Positions 25,426-39,620 are shown, counted from the stretch's first letter. The stretch: DNA of 64,000 nt from Octopus bimaculoides (GCF_001194135.2 NC_068989.1:67792188-67856187); one strand, 5' to 3'. Translations and numbers: made by a program. Notes: generated by a model not told the origin, from the sequence alone.

Positions 25426-25581
25426 NNNNNNNNNNNNNNNNNNNNNNNNNNNNNNNNNNNNNNNNNNNNNNNNNNNNNNNNNNNNNNNNNNNNNNNNNNN
25501 NNNNNNNNNNNNNNNNNNNNNNNNNNNNNNNNNNNNNNNNNNNNNNNNNNNNNNNNNNNNNNNNNNNNNNNNNNNNNNNNN

Positions 25582-26830
25582 AGAAGGAAGTTTGATATTG
25601 CTGCTTTCTTTTGAGTTTCTTGTAGGCTCATCTGCAATCTTGGAAAACAGTATGTCAAGTTGTTTCTTGGAAACATCTAACCCCACTCCACGTAGTTCTC
25701 TCACATTTTTGGCAAGATATTAAATAGCTATGGGCCATTGAACCCCAAGCTATCGTTGTGCCTTGTCCCCACTCTAGATCTGATGGCTGGGATCTTTGGA
25801 ACAGTACAGTGATGTCCAGTTCTAGGGTTGGTATAACTTTCGATGCTAAATTTTGGTTCCAACCCCTCTAGAATTTTCCATATGTATTTTACCGAATATC
25901 TCTCTCGTCTTCACACCAAGTCGTATAATCGTATCTCTTTCTGCCTCGCCTGGTAGCTCAGGTGTTCTATTGATGCAGCCTTCCTGGTGTAGCACAGCTG
26001 AACTACCTCAAGTTCTACTATTAATTTGACACTGTAGGGTAACCGCAGTTGAGAGCAGTAGTCCAAACGGTTGAATTCAAATGTCCTCCACAGAACCAGC
26101 ATAGTTTCCGGGTCCCTTTTTATGAAAATTCTCTGCATATTGTCACCATCTTGGTGATATGTACATGAAACAAGGCGTTGTTGCTTATATCAATATCCAA
26201 ACCACGCACTGTTCGACTCTGGGATTGCCTTTCCTTTTGGTCCAAAGTACCTTTGTTGCAGCATATTAGCGCAAGCTGGCTGATAATAGAGGCTATGGAA
26301 TTTTCCTGCATTAAACTGCATGTTCTTTCTTTCCACCCATTTATTTATACATGGCATCAAGATCTTTCTGTAGAAGACTAGCATCGAAATGTTCCTTTAC
26401 TGCTTGTACTGTTTTTGTATCGTCAGCTTATCATCTAGTAAGTGTCGTTGTTTGTGTAACGGTTGACATGCCCAGGAGAGCTACCATAAAGAGCGGTGAC
26501 TTCAAGACAGTTTTCTGAGGTACTCCACATACTGTTACTACCACCTTGAAGAGAACCCTGTTAGCTGATACAGCCTGGATTCTGTCTTGTAGCTACTCTC
26601 CCAGTTTCTCGACTATGCCGAGTCCCGTAACTAGTGACAAATCATCTCGTGATCAGCCTTATCAAAGGTCATTGCAAAATCGAGATATATCACATCCAAT
26701 CTGAGCGATTGTTCTTTCAGCACCCAGACATAATGCTGCTGAAGCTGTGAAAGACAGCGTTTTCCTAATCGGAAACCTTGCTGGGTGTCAAGGAGAAAGT
26801 CATTAATTGTGATTCGAACGGGCCAAAGAG
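25582..26830 (-). mobile_element. Decayed CR1/L2-like LINE (RT and 3' end)
   Basis: QQGFRLGKRCLSQL, LDVIYLDFAMTFDKADH, NMQFNAGKF, RLDYCSQL. Confidence 0.85.
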
Positions 26831-26959
26831 ACGCGAATCTCTTTTCACATTCCATGTTTTCTTTTACTCTCATCTCGCCATTACTCGTTCTTTAAAAGAA
26901 AACCGGGCATGTATATTTGAGTCTAAAATATTGCTTGGAAACGCATGGCACGCGATGTA

Positions 26960-27365
26960 ATCTTTTCTACTCTAGGCACAAGGCCCGAAATTTTGGAGGG
27001 GGGAACCAGTCGATTAGAGTAACCCCAGTACGCAACTGGTACTTAATTTATCGAGCCTGAAACGCAAAGTCGACCTCGGCGGAATTTGAACTCAGAACAT
27101 AGCAACAGACGAAATACTGCTAAGCATTTTGCCCGGCGTGCTAACGTTTCTTATTTCTTTATTGCCGACAAGAGGCTAAACACAGAGGGGACAAAGACGG
27201 ACAAACAAAGTGAATAAATCGATTACATCGACACCAGTGCGTAATTGGTACTTAATTTAATGTCCCCCGAAGAGATGAAAGGCAAAATCGACTTCGGTGG
27301 AATTTGAACTCGGAACGTAACGGCAGACGAAATACCAATAAGCATTTCGCCCGGCGTGCTAACGT
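26960..27365 (-). mobile_element. Second dimeric SINE family A with the same junction as 1590-2009
   Basis: GCTAAC-GTTTCTTATTTCTTTATTGCC junction at ~27140-27166; the 5' end runs into a gap. Confidence 0.88.
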
Positions 27366-27609
27366 NNNNNNNNNNNNNNNNNNNNNNNNNNNNNNNNNNN
27401 NNNNNNNNNNNNNNNNNNNNNNNNNNNNNNNNNNNNNNNNNNNNNNNNNNNNNNNNNNNNNNNNNNNNNNNNNNNNNNNNNNNNNNNNNNNNNNNNNNNN
27501 NNNNNNNNNNNNNNNNNNNNNNNNNNNNNNNNNNNNNNNNNNNNNNNNNNNNNNNNNNNNNNNNNNNNNNNNNNNNNNNNNNNNNNNNNNNNNNNNNNNN
27601 NNNNNNNNN

Positions 27610-27644
<35 letters not shown>

Positions 27645-27689
27645 TACTCATGTATATGTATATCTTTGTACAAGTATAAGTTAAAAAAA

Positions 27690-27885
27690 AAGGAAAAAGA
27701 CAAAAAACAATAACAACAACGTGAGGACGTGATATAGATAGTATTACTAGACGCTCGGGAAAGGAAAGAGAGAGAGAGTATGACGTCTCGAGCGGAGCTC
27801 TTCGTCGGAAACAAGGAAAGTTCAAAGAAGGGAAAAGCAGAGGAAGAAAAAATCGCCACCGATGTCCACGAGGTTACATTGTGGA
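27690..27885 (-). mobile_element. Probable PLE pseudo-LTR with minimal hammerhead-like motif
   Basis: Minus strand TTTCCGACGA-AGAGC-TCC-GCTC-GAGACGTCA; lies beside (TAC)n and (CA)n tracts. Confidence 0.5.
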
Positions 27886-27978
27886 AGTATGCGTATATAA
27901 TCCATCGCTACAGATGGATATACGTATATAATCCATCGCTACAGATTCCCCCTTTACCATCACTGCTGCCACCACCGT

Positions 27979-28036
<58 letters not shown>

Positions 28037-28215
28037 GTTGCTACTCCTAACACGTTATATATTATATAGTACGCCCTTTAAGTGTACCTATCTTTCCCAC
28101 TCCCTTACACGTTTAATTTTTGTCTTAACATTCCTTTACACACTTAATCATTTTCTTAACAATGCTGTGGCCCCATTTTACAGCAAAATGTTTTTTTTGT
28201 AGAACTAAGTAACAC

Positions 28216-28280
<65 letters not shown>

Positions 28281-29009
28281 NNNNNNNNNNNNNNNNNNNN
28301 NNNNNNNNNNNNNNNNNNNNNNNNNNNNNNNNNNNNNNNNNNNNNNNNNNNNNNNNNNNNNNNNNNNNNNNNNNNNNNNNNNNNNNNNNNNNNNNNNNNN
28401 NNNNNNNNNNNNNNNNNNNNNNNNNNNNNNNNNNNNNNNNNNNNNNNNNNNNNNNNNNNNNNNNNNNNNNNNNNNNNNNNNNNNNNNNNNNNNNNNNNNN
28501 NNNNNNNNNNNNNNNNNNNNNNNNNNNNNNNNNNNNNNNNNNNNNNNNNNNNNNNNNNNNNNNNNNNNNNNNNNNNNNNNNNNNNNNNNNNNNNNNNNNN
28601 NNNNNNNNNNNNNNNNNNNNNNNNNNNNNNNNNNNNNNNNNNNNNNNNNNNNNNNNNNNNNNNNNNNNNNNNNNNNNNNNNNNNNNNNNNNNNNNNNNNN
28701 NNNNNNNNNNNNNNNNNNNNNNNNNNNNNNNNNNNNNNNNNNNNNNNNNNNNNNNNNNNNNNNNNNNNNNNNNNNNNNNNNNNNNNNNNNNNNNNNNNNN
28801 NNNNNNNNNNNNNNNNNNNNNNNNNNNNNNNNNNNNNNNNNNNNNNNNNNNNNNNNNNNNNNNNNNNNNNNNNNNNNNNNNNNNNNNNNNNNNNNNNNNN
28901 NNNNNNNNNNNNNNNNNNNNNNNNNNNNNNNNNNNNNNNNNNNNNNNNNNNNNNNNNNNNNNNNNNNNNNNNNNNNNNNNNNNNNNNNNNNNNNNNNNNN
29001 NNNNNNNNN

Positions 29010-29067
<58 letters not shown>

Positions 29068-29717
29068 TGTGTGTGATTTTTGTCATATCCACAATTCATT
29101 CATAAGACAGGAAAGAAACGAGGAAATTTCATCTCCATAGCTTCGAAGCTGGCAATAGCAGGCTAACGGAAATAACTGGGGAAGATGGCTTCCTACAATC
29201 ATGCTAGCCTAGAAAACACGATGCAATGTAAATATCTGCGACAGTCTCTTATGACTTTGGCAATTTCATGACATTCTCATGCAAGCTCAGTTGTCTTGAC
29301 TTTATTTTGACACTTGATGAATTATGAGAGAACTGGAGAGTGGGTCTAATGTATGTGAATGTTCGCTTGTGTAGCATCTGTGTCTAGCGAGTAAGATTGC
29401 ATGTGACACCATTGCCAGATCTCCAACTACAGATTAAATAGTCTTGCTGTGGCAGTTGGGGGATATTCTGTGCATCTGTGACAATGAAATATCGACAGTT
29501 TCGTAGTCTATGTATAATAAACGTGGATGGTGTAAATTAGGCAGGAGCAGTTGTGATTCTTCAGTCTCCTTAATAGATGCGTCTTTTTTGGGGAACCGTG
29601 CTGCTGAAGTTATTGCCTACATCGATCACAAGCCAGCGAAATCGATAATTTTAGGCTTTCTTCCCAACCCCATTACTTTCCTCTCCTTCAAAATTATATA
29701 GTTAGATAAATACATAT

Positions 29718-29903
29718 ATACCAGGGGATAATAGAAAGGATCAGTTAATTAGATTTCATTCAACATATTCCCTCTCAGATTCATACACTCATTGCATTGG
29801 TCCTTCAGTTTTCCTAAGCCCTGTAAAAGAACGCAGAAGGTTGGGCCTCCTGCCAGGCCTTTCGCCACACCTTAAAGCCAGGAACGTTTCAGTTCCCCTC
29901 GTC
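29718..29903. mobile_element. Mariner-type MITE, second copy
   Basis: Shared internal sequence with 25182-25330; 3' TIR AAAGCCAGGAACGTTTCAGTTCCCCTCG. Confidence 0.7.
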
Positions 29904-30797
29904 AGAAACTGTTCAGTTGTTCGATGTCCATCCTTAAACTCATTATCATACATACCAACAAAACAAGCGTTACAGAAATAAATATTCTAGATTTAAATGT
30001 ATCATGAATGTTTCTTTGTTAAAAATTTGAAGTTTTTTGTTTTAATTATTAATCATAATTAAAACTTAACTGGAATCTCATAATGCAATATCCTACAAAG
30101 ATTTGAAGTTTAATTTGAAGTGTCCAGCTGTGCATTTATAGTAGTAAACCGAAATCAAATTGTGTCTAAGACATCATAGAAATGAACGGTTTGATAATAG
30201 AATGTACACAAGTTGTTTATTAAAATTACCATAGATATGAAGTAAAAGACATGTTTTATAGACCCATTAGCAAAGTGTATGGAGAGAGTAGTATCCATAT
30301 ACCCGTCTAGTTTTATAACCATTCTCATTAGAAACGGGATATACAGCAATCTGCTTAGATCACAATATTACTAAACTTGAACTTTAAGAGAAAAATAATC
30401 TCTGGAACTCTTTAAATCCTTAGAAGGTCTCCCAGAAACATCTATAAAGCCTTCTTTAGATTTGAGCGGTAAATGGCTGAGAAAAAGAATAATGCAAAGA
30501 ATAAGATAGCTATTTTGTAATAAAATATATTTTGTTGAGAACGTTCCTATCGGGTAGGAGGCCATTCAATATAAACTATCATCTCCAAGAAGAAATGCAA
30601 CAAAAAACATACAGCGATAGATAGATTTATCTATCTTATTTATCATGTCAAAGGTAAACGGTGAAAACAATGGGCATGGTTGACTGTAAAATCGGGAGTG
30701 TCAGAAAATTGGGCATAAATAAAATCAAGATAAGTAGAGAGTGATTCTCATAGCTTATGAGTTACAGAATTACTATGAAAAGTATGGATAATAATGA

Positions 30798-31008
30798 TTT
30801 AAAATCTTGGCACAGGGGCAACACTTTTAGAGGAGAGTGTAAGTCGATTGCATCAAGCCCAGTGCTTGATTGATGCTTATTTTTTCGACCCCGAGGGAAT
30901 GAAAAGCAAAATCAATCTCGGCGGAATTTGAATTCAGAACGCAAAGAGTTGAATTAATACCGCTGAACATTTTCTCCGACTTGCTAACAATACTGCCAGT
31001 TCATCCCC
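30798..31008 (-). mobile_element. SINE family A, diverged
   Basis: atttgaattcagaac (B box) and gctaacaatactgccagttc (head). Confidence 0.75.
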
Positions 31009-31229
31009 TTATTATGGATAAAAGGTTACAAGTGAATCCGCCCTTCAATGATCCCATGAGCGACTGCATTTGCTTCGACACAATAATTAGAATCACAATC
31101 TGTGCGTTATACTCAGTGTATACATAGATACCCCGTTGAAAGGCATTTTTCTGTGGTTTTTGTCTGTGAGAAAATCTCTTCATAGACATATACGCTTTTA
31201 TCTGAGGCAAAAAAAAAAAAAAACATATA

Positions 31230-31560
31230 TACATTGAGTATAACACACAGATGGCGATTTTAATTCAAAGCTGTTGTAATTGTCTTCACCGAATTTTGTT
31301 TTACTGTCTGGCAAGATCTCCACAATATCAGTGAATGTATTATTCAGTTTCCTATATATCAAAGCACGAATTTCGTCTAAGCGAGCAACAAACAGATGTA
31401 CAGCAGGAAAAAAAGCAAATAGAGTAAAACATATCTGACATTCATGTGAGTCACTGCAGCGATGATGTTCGCCTCTCTCCGATATACATTGTGTTTTGGC
31501 CATTACATGTCTACGAAGAGACTTTCCCTCAGACAAAAGCCACATCATCACATCTTTCGA
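31230..31560 (-). mobile_element. Possible hAT transposase remnant
   Basis: WLLSEGKSLRR and LDEIRALI resemble the hAT 'RWLSxGKxLxR...EIxxFL' block. Confidence 0.4.
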
Positions 31561-32129
31561 CGATTTACATACCTTGATTATGATACAGGGTGGTGTTTTT
31601 AATTTAATGCCATTTCAATTGCATTCACCGAGTAATTAGAATTATTTATTTTATCAATTCTTCACGATGTATGCTATTCACCATCCTTAATTCAAACAAA
31701 GAATCAATTACCAAACATAGAGCTCTTTAAAATTTCTTATTCGCATATGCTGAAATATCTAAACACGTTCCATCAGAATTAATCAACAAAACGAAGCAGA
31801 ATATAAAAAAATAAAAATGCCAAGCCATTTACAGAAACGACAAACGTTTTAATGATTTCAGTGATAACTTACTAATCTAAACTATTAAGATCGATAAATA
31901 CTTTTTTTTTCCTGACATATGTTTGATTTGACATTCGATATAAGAATATAATTAAGAGAGAAAAAATAGAAGCAACAAAAAACCCACCACAAATAATGAT
32001 AATATATGCAAGAAATTTTAATTAAATTGATTTAAATCTCGAAAAAATCGTAAAATATTGACTTTGGGACTTGTTTTTAAAATGACAAACATTTTATTTT
32101 ATCACAGTTGAAAACGAATGACAGTTCTG

Positions 32130-32445
32130 AGAACTCCTCCTCTCCTTCTCCTTCTCCTACCACCACCACCACCACCACCACCACTACTTCTACTACTACT
32201 CTGGTTTTCTTTTATTTGTCTGAATGACTGTGAATGAAATAACGTTATATCCCATAAGCTAAAGGTTCTCAAAATTAATACAGTAAAAATGTCATCTTTG
32301 TCAGCACTTAAGATTTTGTAGTTGGTGAGTTTCTACCATTTAACGTTGTTTGGGGTCGTTTGTTGTCTTTGTAGCTGCACTATACTTGCAGACACTGTAG
32401 TAGTAGTAGTAGTAGTAGTAGTAGTAACAGTAGTAATAGTAGCAG

Positions 32446-32488
<43 letters not shown>

Positions 32489-32566
32489 TGTTGAAGTTGT
32501 CGATGTTTCTGTTGCTTCAGAAAGACAGAGACAGACAGAAAGAGAGAGAGAAAGAGAATCACATTA

Positions 32567-32634
<68 letters not shown>

Positions 32635-33568
32635 ACAAGCACAAACACAGTAGCACACATAAACATATACACATACACAACCACATACGCATACACACAC
32701 ACAAACATAAACATACACAACCATTTACGCATACACACACAGAAACACACTCATATATAACCACATACGCATACACACACACACACACACACATACACAA
32801 ACATACACTCACGCATACTCATGCACATGGACAGACATACTCACATTAAACTTTATTTACCTTGATTGTAAACACTTTTATATCTCGTGTCACTTTCCAC
32901 TTCGGATGTTTACTTGAAGACTGAATTCAATTTTTAGGGTTTCCATACATTCTTAAGTTTCATCATCTGCAACGACACCTTCCATACTTCTCTCTCTCTC
33001 TTTTACTGTTTCTCTTTCTCTCTTTTACTGTTTCTCTCTCTCTCTTTTACTGTTTCTCTCTCTCTCTTTTACTGTTTCTCTCTCTCTCTTTTACTGTTTC
33101 TCTCTCTTCCTTTCTTGTCATCATTCTTTCTCTCTCTCTTTTTCTCTCTTTCTCTCTCTCTTTTTCTCTCTTTCTCTCTTTCTCTCTCTCTCTTTTTCTC
33201 TCTTTCTCTCTCTTTTTTCTCTCTCTTTCTCTCTACCCCCTCTTTTCTCCGTTCTTCTCTCTCTCTCATCTTCTGCTTAAGTCTCTCTTTCAACCGTTTC
33301 TTTCATTTTTTTCTCTTCCTCACTTTCTTTATCAACCTAGTTCTTCCATTCTTTCATTCTCTCTTTATCTTAACCATTTTCACCCATTCTTTCTCTTTTA
33401 TCCTCTCTCCCATTCTCTCTCTTTCTCTCATTCTTTCACTTTTATTCATCTTCCTTTTATCTCTAACTTAGTTAAATACAATATATTTAACACTTTTTCT
33501 GTCTATATTTCTCTTTCGCATTTTCATTATTTATTGTATATATTTTTTATGTCAGTTCTTTCTTCCCC

Positions 33569-33614
<46 letters not shown>

Positions 33615-33620
33615 CGTCTA
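32130..33620. repeat. Long low-complexity block: (CAC), (GTA), (GCA), (GA), (CA), ~22-bp TTTTACTGTTTCTCTCTCTCTC units, CT-rich tract
   Basis: Direct reading; explains the ORFs between 32322 and 33731. Confidence 0.93.
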
Positions 33621-33902
33621 TGCTTCATTTTCTTCTCTTTTTCTATAATGCCTCTTTTCAGATTCTTTTCAAAAATTATTTCGGATTGCTTCACCCGGAA
33701 GGCAGATCTAGTGTTGGTGAATTATTATTAGTAATCTATAGCCATTGCAAGTTGCTCCAGGCCCAATCAAAGTGACATCTTTTGCGACGCCAGAAATGTT
33801 AGCTGACTCATGTGAGCTGAGAAGCAGGTGAAGTTATCCGATGCTTATGTGATTATGGATAGCCCCGCCATCTGCTTTCTCTTCACTGTAGTATGGTTTC
33901 AC

Positions 33903-34103
33903 ATTTGGTACTAGGCCAGCGTTTTTTGAGGGGAGAGGAAGTCGATTACACTGACCTCAGTACTTGACTAGTGCTTATTTCATCAACCGCGAAGAATGAA
34001 AGGCAAAGTCTACCTCGGTGGAATTTGAACTCAAATTGTAAAGACAGGCAAAATACCGGTAAACATTTTGTGCTGTGTGTTAACGATTCTGCCAGCTCGC
34101 TAC
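33903..34103 (-). mobile_element. SINE family A
   Basis: gaatttgaactc and taacgattctgccagctcgc. Confidence 0.8.
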
Positions 34104-35599
34104 CTTCCTCTTTAAAGCACCACTGCTGTGATGTTTTACTTGTATCTGTTATTGGTGGTGATCTGGTGGTGTTGATGCTATCGTTGGTTATGCTGCCAGT
34201 TTTCCTGATGCTGGTGTGGGTGCTGGTGCAGGTGCAGGTGCAGGTGTTGTTAGTGATGGTGCTTACAGAAGACGTTTTGGGTGTGTTGTCTGCTAAAGAA
34301 GCGAAACTTCCGTACTACTTTTGATGCCAACGTCAGCACTATCTTTAACAAAGCGTGTTACTGGTAATGTTGGTGACGAGGTTTTCCGTCGTAGCCATCG
34401 CCGTCGCTGTGTGTGATAGATTAAATAACGAGAAGGTGAAAAACAGATGCTTTTACGGTTCTGAATTTTTTTTTTTTTGTTTTTTGAATGGCGGTGCTTC
34501 ACTTTCTTGTTGCTTTTTCCCCATCACATCTCATTTGTAAAAACACGACGCTATTTTCAAATTAAATTTTTTTTCTTTTCTACAGGAGGTTTTTCGAAGG
34601 CTATAAAATGGAATTGTGGTCCCGTTGGGGACCGAAAGAATCAGACAATGTGCTATTAATCAGTTCTGAAACAAGACAGAGCACAAACGCAAAAAAAAAA
34701 AAAAATGTTTTAAGTGGGTAATGTCGACAACAAATATATCATTTGAATGAAATGTTACGAAATTGTGACTTATTCTGCTGTAATAACAAGAATAATAACA
34801 GAAATAAATGTAATGATAATATCGTTTCTTTATTAGCCACAAGGACTCAAAGAAATACGAAGAGCGTTAACCGGTAGCTTAGAAAAGATGTGTGGGTGAG
34901 AGAGATATGTAATAAAAAGACAAGGGTAAAGAGGAGAGATGGTATACAGTAAATATAACAGAACGATCTGAAAATTACAAAAGCAGAAATATAATTATAT
35001 AAAATAAATTAAAAAGATGTATTATAAACACATTTCTTAAAACAAGATACACTTACGTTTATGTAAAATTTTAAACGTCCACTTCTGTTGATCAGGGTAC
35101 ATTACTACCCTGATTACATCCTCTCTGCATATCATTTAATGTAGGTGATTCCAGAATCCTCCATGGAGGTCTACTGCGTAAAGAAGAGCTCAAAATCTTT
35201 GGATAGCTTACATGCACAAGGCGGTAATACGTTATTACAAGTTCTACTAATAGTTTGTCGCTTTTTGTGTATAATAAATGCATAATAGATGTACCATAAA
35301 TACATGATATTCTATAATAAAACATACATACATTAAAAACCATATATTTTAAGGTAAAAATTTTAAATGTTCAGTTGCGTCGGTCAGAATACTCCACTAC
35401 CTAGATAGTATTTCCCTACGTATCCTCTTTATGTATTTTATATATTACTTAATACTGGCTATTCCAGAATTCTCTGTGAGGTGTTACTTTGCCAGAAAGG
35501 GTTTACATCATGTGGAGTAGCTTATGTTTTAATGCGTATAATATATTGTAAATTTTATTGACAATTTATAGTTTTTGTTACTGTCTTTGTTTTGGTAAT

Positions 35600-36708
35600 T
35601 TGATTCCATCTCCTGTTGCATCACTACTTCATTCGATCAGTACTCATGCCAGACCAGTACCTCATTTCGATTGACTTTTTTGTTGTTGTTCATATACATA
35701 TTCAAATTACAGTTTTTGCTCTTGAATTACTGCGAAGACCATTTCTCTTGATTGATTACTCCCACTTCACTAAAGATGTTAGGAAGGAGTCTCTTTCTCT
35801 TCACGGGAGACAGACCCTTCAACATGGAGGTGCTTCACCTCACGAATGTTTGGTTCTTTTACACGAGATTGATTTCCCTCCGGAGATCGTATGCTCTTCA
35901 TGTAAAGTGTAGCCCTCATCACGCTTTTTATTGTGTTTTTCGATTTCTTTCTTTGGATCTTTTTAATGTTTATTTTAAACACGCCTACCAGTCTCCTGTA
36001 GCCTCCATTCATTCACATCCTTATAAGTGGGTGTGGAAAATGCTGCTGTGAAGGGGAGTTTCCCGATGATTCAGCTGTAGTTGCTGTTGGCATGGATGAA
36101 TCCCGTCTCTGCAGGTCGAATTTGGGAGAAGAGGTATGTAGCTCTTAACTGCTAACAATAAAGACGGGTTAATTTCCTTTGACGACTGTACTGGTACCAC
36201 TTTAGAACCATCACCCTCCACAATTTTTTATTTTACCCCCACATATGTAGCAACTAGGTTTCTGGTCTGAACACTGAATTTTAAGTTCTTCTCAGTACCC
36301 TCTTTGGACACAATTCTGGTGTTATTTTGTGATTGTGGCATCATGAGGATTTGTATGTTCATGGTGACTGCACTCGACCACATATCACCGAAAGCTACGT
36401 CGGCACAGACTACTTGTCCATATTATACCGGCAAGATGACTAACAACCAGGGGCGATTCGTCATCGATGCCCCCGACAGTGATTCCTGTGTTTCTACCTA
36501 CCGAAAATTGTGGGGCTGGTTTAGAGGTAGCTGTGTCTCGTACAAGTTGGGCTTTCCCTTTACTGTTGCTTTGTCCTTAGTTTTGAAAATGACAGAAATA
36601 GTGTTCCTTTGTAGATAAAGAAGATGTTACTAAACATATCTGGCGGCTGCCTTTCACTCTTTCTTAGATGGAAAAACCCTTGTGGCCTCGGCAAAACACA
36701 AATAGGTT
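35600..36708 (-). mobile_element. Heavily decayed LINE ORF1-like (gag) region
   Basis: Long frame with several stops; a frameshifted C-Y-I-C-G-G-K...C knuckle near 36215-36250 is comparable to ORF 51407..51637. Confidence 0.45.
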
Positions 36709-37449
36709 NNNNNNNNNNNNNNNNNNNNNNNNNNNNNNNNNNNNNNNNNNNNNNNNNNNNNNNNNNNNNNNNNNNNNNNNNNNNNNNNNNNNNNNNNNNN
36801 NNNNNNNNNNNNNNNNNNNNNNNNNNNNNNNNNNNNNNNNNNNNNNNNNNNNNNNNNNNNNNNNNNNNNNNNNNNNNNNNNNNNNNNNNNNNNNNNNNNN
36901 NNNNNNNNNNNNNNNNNNNNNNNNNNNNNNNNNNNNNNNNNNNNNNNNNNNNNNNNNNNNNNNNNNNNNNNNNNNNNNNNNNNNNNNNNNNNNNNNNNNN
37001 NNNNNNNNNNNNNNNNGGTCGTCATCATAGTATTTGTTGTTGACAAACGTGCCAGTTATACTATTTTGTGTGGAAATGTCATTTCTTCTTTTCATCTTTT
37101 GTTATTTCCGGTCATTAATAATTTTTTCATATTCTTTTGTTTAATTGTTCTTTTGCTTTGTTCAATGTAATTTCTTTTTGTGGTGCATCCCGAAAAAGAT
37201 GCCATTTGTTTTACCTTAGAGTTAAAAGATGAAAAAAAAAAAAAAACTTCATTAAAGGGTAGAAATTCTAAAGTATCTCATAGAGGTCTCTGAGTGGAAT
37301 AATATCCGAATTAATTTTTTCATTCTAATTTGAGATAAAACAATAATTCACAGAAGAAAATTTCAGAACTTTTGAACGATATGAGCAGCAAACAATAACA
37401 GTAATTCTTTCTGACTTGGCACAAAACCAGTAATTTTTGAATGGAGGCA

Positions 37450-37800
37450 ATTACATCAGTCTCAGTACTTGACTGGTGTAATATTCTGTCGACACCGAAA
37501 AGATAAAAGACACGAAGTGACCTGCTTCGACATCTGTGGAAATGTTGGTTATGGTACGCGATAGAGTGGGAATTGCTGTTGTTTTTACTGACTCTGTTGT
37601 TCCCCTTCTCCATCCTTTCTTTTCCAGTTTCTCCAGCTTCCCAGGACAAAATACACTTACGTGACCATTACTTTCACATCTGCAGGAACTAGGTCTTTTA
37701 TCCTGCACTATAGTCCGTTTCGACTCTTTATGCAAAACTGACATTAAGCCAGTGGTCAACATCTTTGCTGATGTTTCTGTCGCTCTTGTATTTAACAGCC
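37450..37800 (-). mobile_element. LINE ORF1-like remnant with degenerate zinc knuckle
   Basis: RPSSCRCESNGHVSVFCP in ORF 37451..37804. Confidence 0.4.
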
Positions 37801-38329
37801 TCAAATACTAGGAAACAAAAATATGACTTGACATGTGCTTCAATGTTTTTGACAGTCTTGGTCTGTTTTCAGTTTTATACCTTTGTTTATTTAACAAATA
37901 GCCTTCATAAAAATAAAAAACTTTCTAACAAAATTTCTAACACTTGTATGGGTTGGCTTCCAAACTCTCCGAGGCTTTGAGCCAGGGTGTGTTAGGTGCC
38001 ATGTATACGTTGTAGCGACTGGAGGCATAAGAACCGGTAGACTGTTTGCGAGTAAATTCTGTAGAACACTATTCCGTATTGTAAACGTTCTTTGTTTTCT
38101 TTTGTCTATCTTCAAGTTTAAAATCTAGCTGAGGAGTTTAATTACTATTCTTTTATTTTTGTTTTCTTTGGTAGCATATTGCTTTGTTCATTGTCAACTT
38201 TCTTTTTGGGGTGGTGGTGGGGGTGGCATGGCTCGGAATTCTCGCAACCATTTTTCTAAAGCGTTGGGAAGAGAAAAACATATACTATTTGTCAGAAGAC
38301 AAACAGATCTTATTGATAATGGCTTCTGA

Positions 38330-38522
38330 TTTAAGCATAAGGTTGATAATTTTGAGGGAAAGCATTTGTCGATACCATCAACTCTAGTACTTGATTAGTA
38401 CTCTATTTCGTCGGGAAAGAAAGGCAAAGTTGACCTTGGCAGAATTTGAACTCAGAGCATAGTGGGGAAAGAAATGCAGCAAGCCATTTTCTCCGACACT
38501 AACAGTTCAGCCAGCTCACCAC
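38330..38522 (-). mobile_element. SINE family A, diverged
   Basis: aaaggcaaagttgacc, agaatttgaactcag, gccagctcacc. Confidence 0.75.
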
Positions 38523-39139
38523 TTCGTTTGTCAATAATAGTAGTTGTTTCTTAAAACAAATAAACTTTACAGAGCTCGAATCAACATTACTCTGTACTCT
38601 CTAATCAAGAAGTTAAGAATTAAGTATCGGCTATTCATATTTCTTGCACACAAATTCACTTCTGGTTATAGGCAATAATATTTAGTAACGAACATACAAA
38701 TATCTGATATAAATAACTATAGCCATCATCATTCTGTGTGTGCGCATTTGTATTAGTACGTGTTTGTGTGCGTTTGTGTGTGTGCATATTATTTAGTTGA
38801 AATTTAGTATTCAGTGACTGATATGATGTTGATCAAACCAGTTAGATTGGCTAATAATTTCCGATGCTTCTTAGACGCAGCCAACATTTCCATTATCACA
38901 TAATCTCTCAAGATGACTGTATTCTAGCGATTTAACGATCTCTATAAATCAAGATATGAACTAAAACTTAAAATATTGTGGGTTTTAATTAAGGTAATGT
39001 TATATAATTAGTGGATAAGATTAAATATTCTCTCAGGCCCTAATACCTTTTCTATTTATCTTAATTATTCTACAGCACACTAAGAAAAAAGCCCAAAATA
39101 AAACAAAAATACTTATTGACGGTGTAATCATGGATTTGG

Positions 39140-39620
39140 TCCAGATAGTGACATTTTTAAAGTCTCCCAGCTTGAAAAATAAATTGACTCTATCAACCAA
39201 AGCTGCGACTGTATTCCAGAGAATGCGCACTTTATGGTCCTCCAATGCCGCCAGCTTACAAAGAAAGAGCCGGCTCTGTGATAGCATAGCTTTAACAACA
39301 ATTCTCTATACTAGTAAAATATGGAAGAGCGTCATGAAAATCAATAGACAATTAGATGTGTTGCACCAAAGGTGCTTGTAAAGGATTATGGGAACGTACT
39401 GGTAAAACCACGTAACTAATGAAGACATTCTAAAGTGAGCCAACATAAGGTCACTTAGCGAAATCATCACAGAACGAAGATCGAAACTACTCACATATTC
39501 CGGTTACCAGAACAACACAGCTCTAAAACATCTTTCAAATGGATATCACCGGAAGGAAAAAAAGAAATAGTAGAAGACCGGAAACTGCATGGCACAGAAC
39601 ATTCATAACCGACACGATAG
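39140..39620 (+). mobile_element. RTE-clade LINE, RT C-terminal fragment
   Basis: KAATVFQRMRTLWSS, TILYTSKIW, LDVLHQRCL.RIMGTYW.NHVTNEDIL. Confidence 0.75.

Noticed and set aside
32322-33471. 175-aa and other ORFs as membrane or His-rich proteins
   Set aside because: They are translations of (GTA), (GCA), (CA) and (CT) microsatellites.
34570-34660. Terminal exon after a TTTTCTACAG acceptor
   Set aside because: Short frames with no recognisable motif and no linked exon.
35600-37800. Decayed host gene
   Set aside because: Degenerate zinc-knuckle motifs resemble LINE ORF1 elsewhere in the window.
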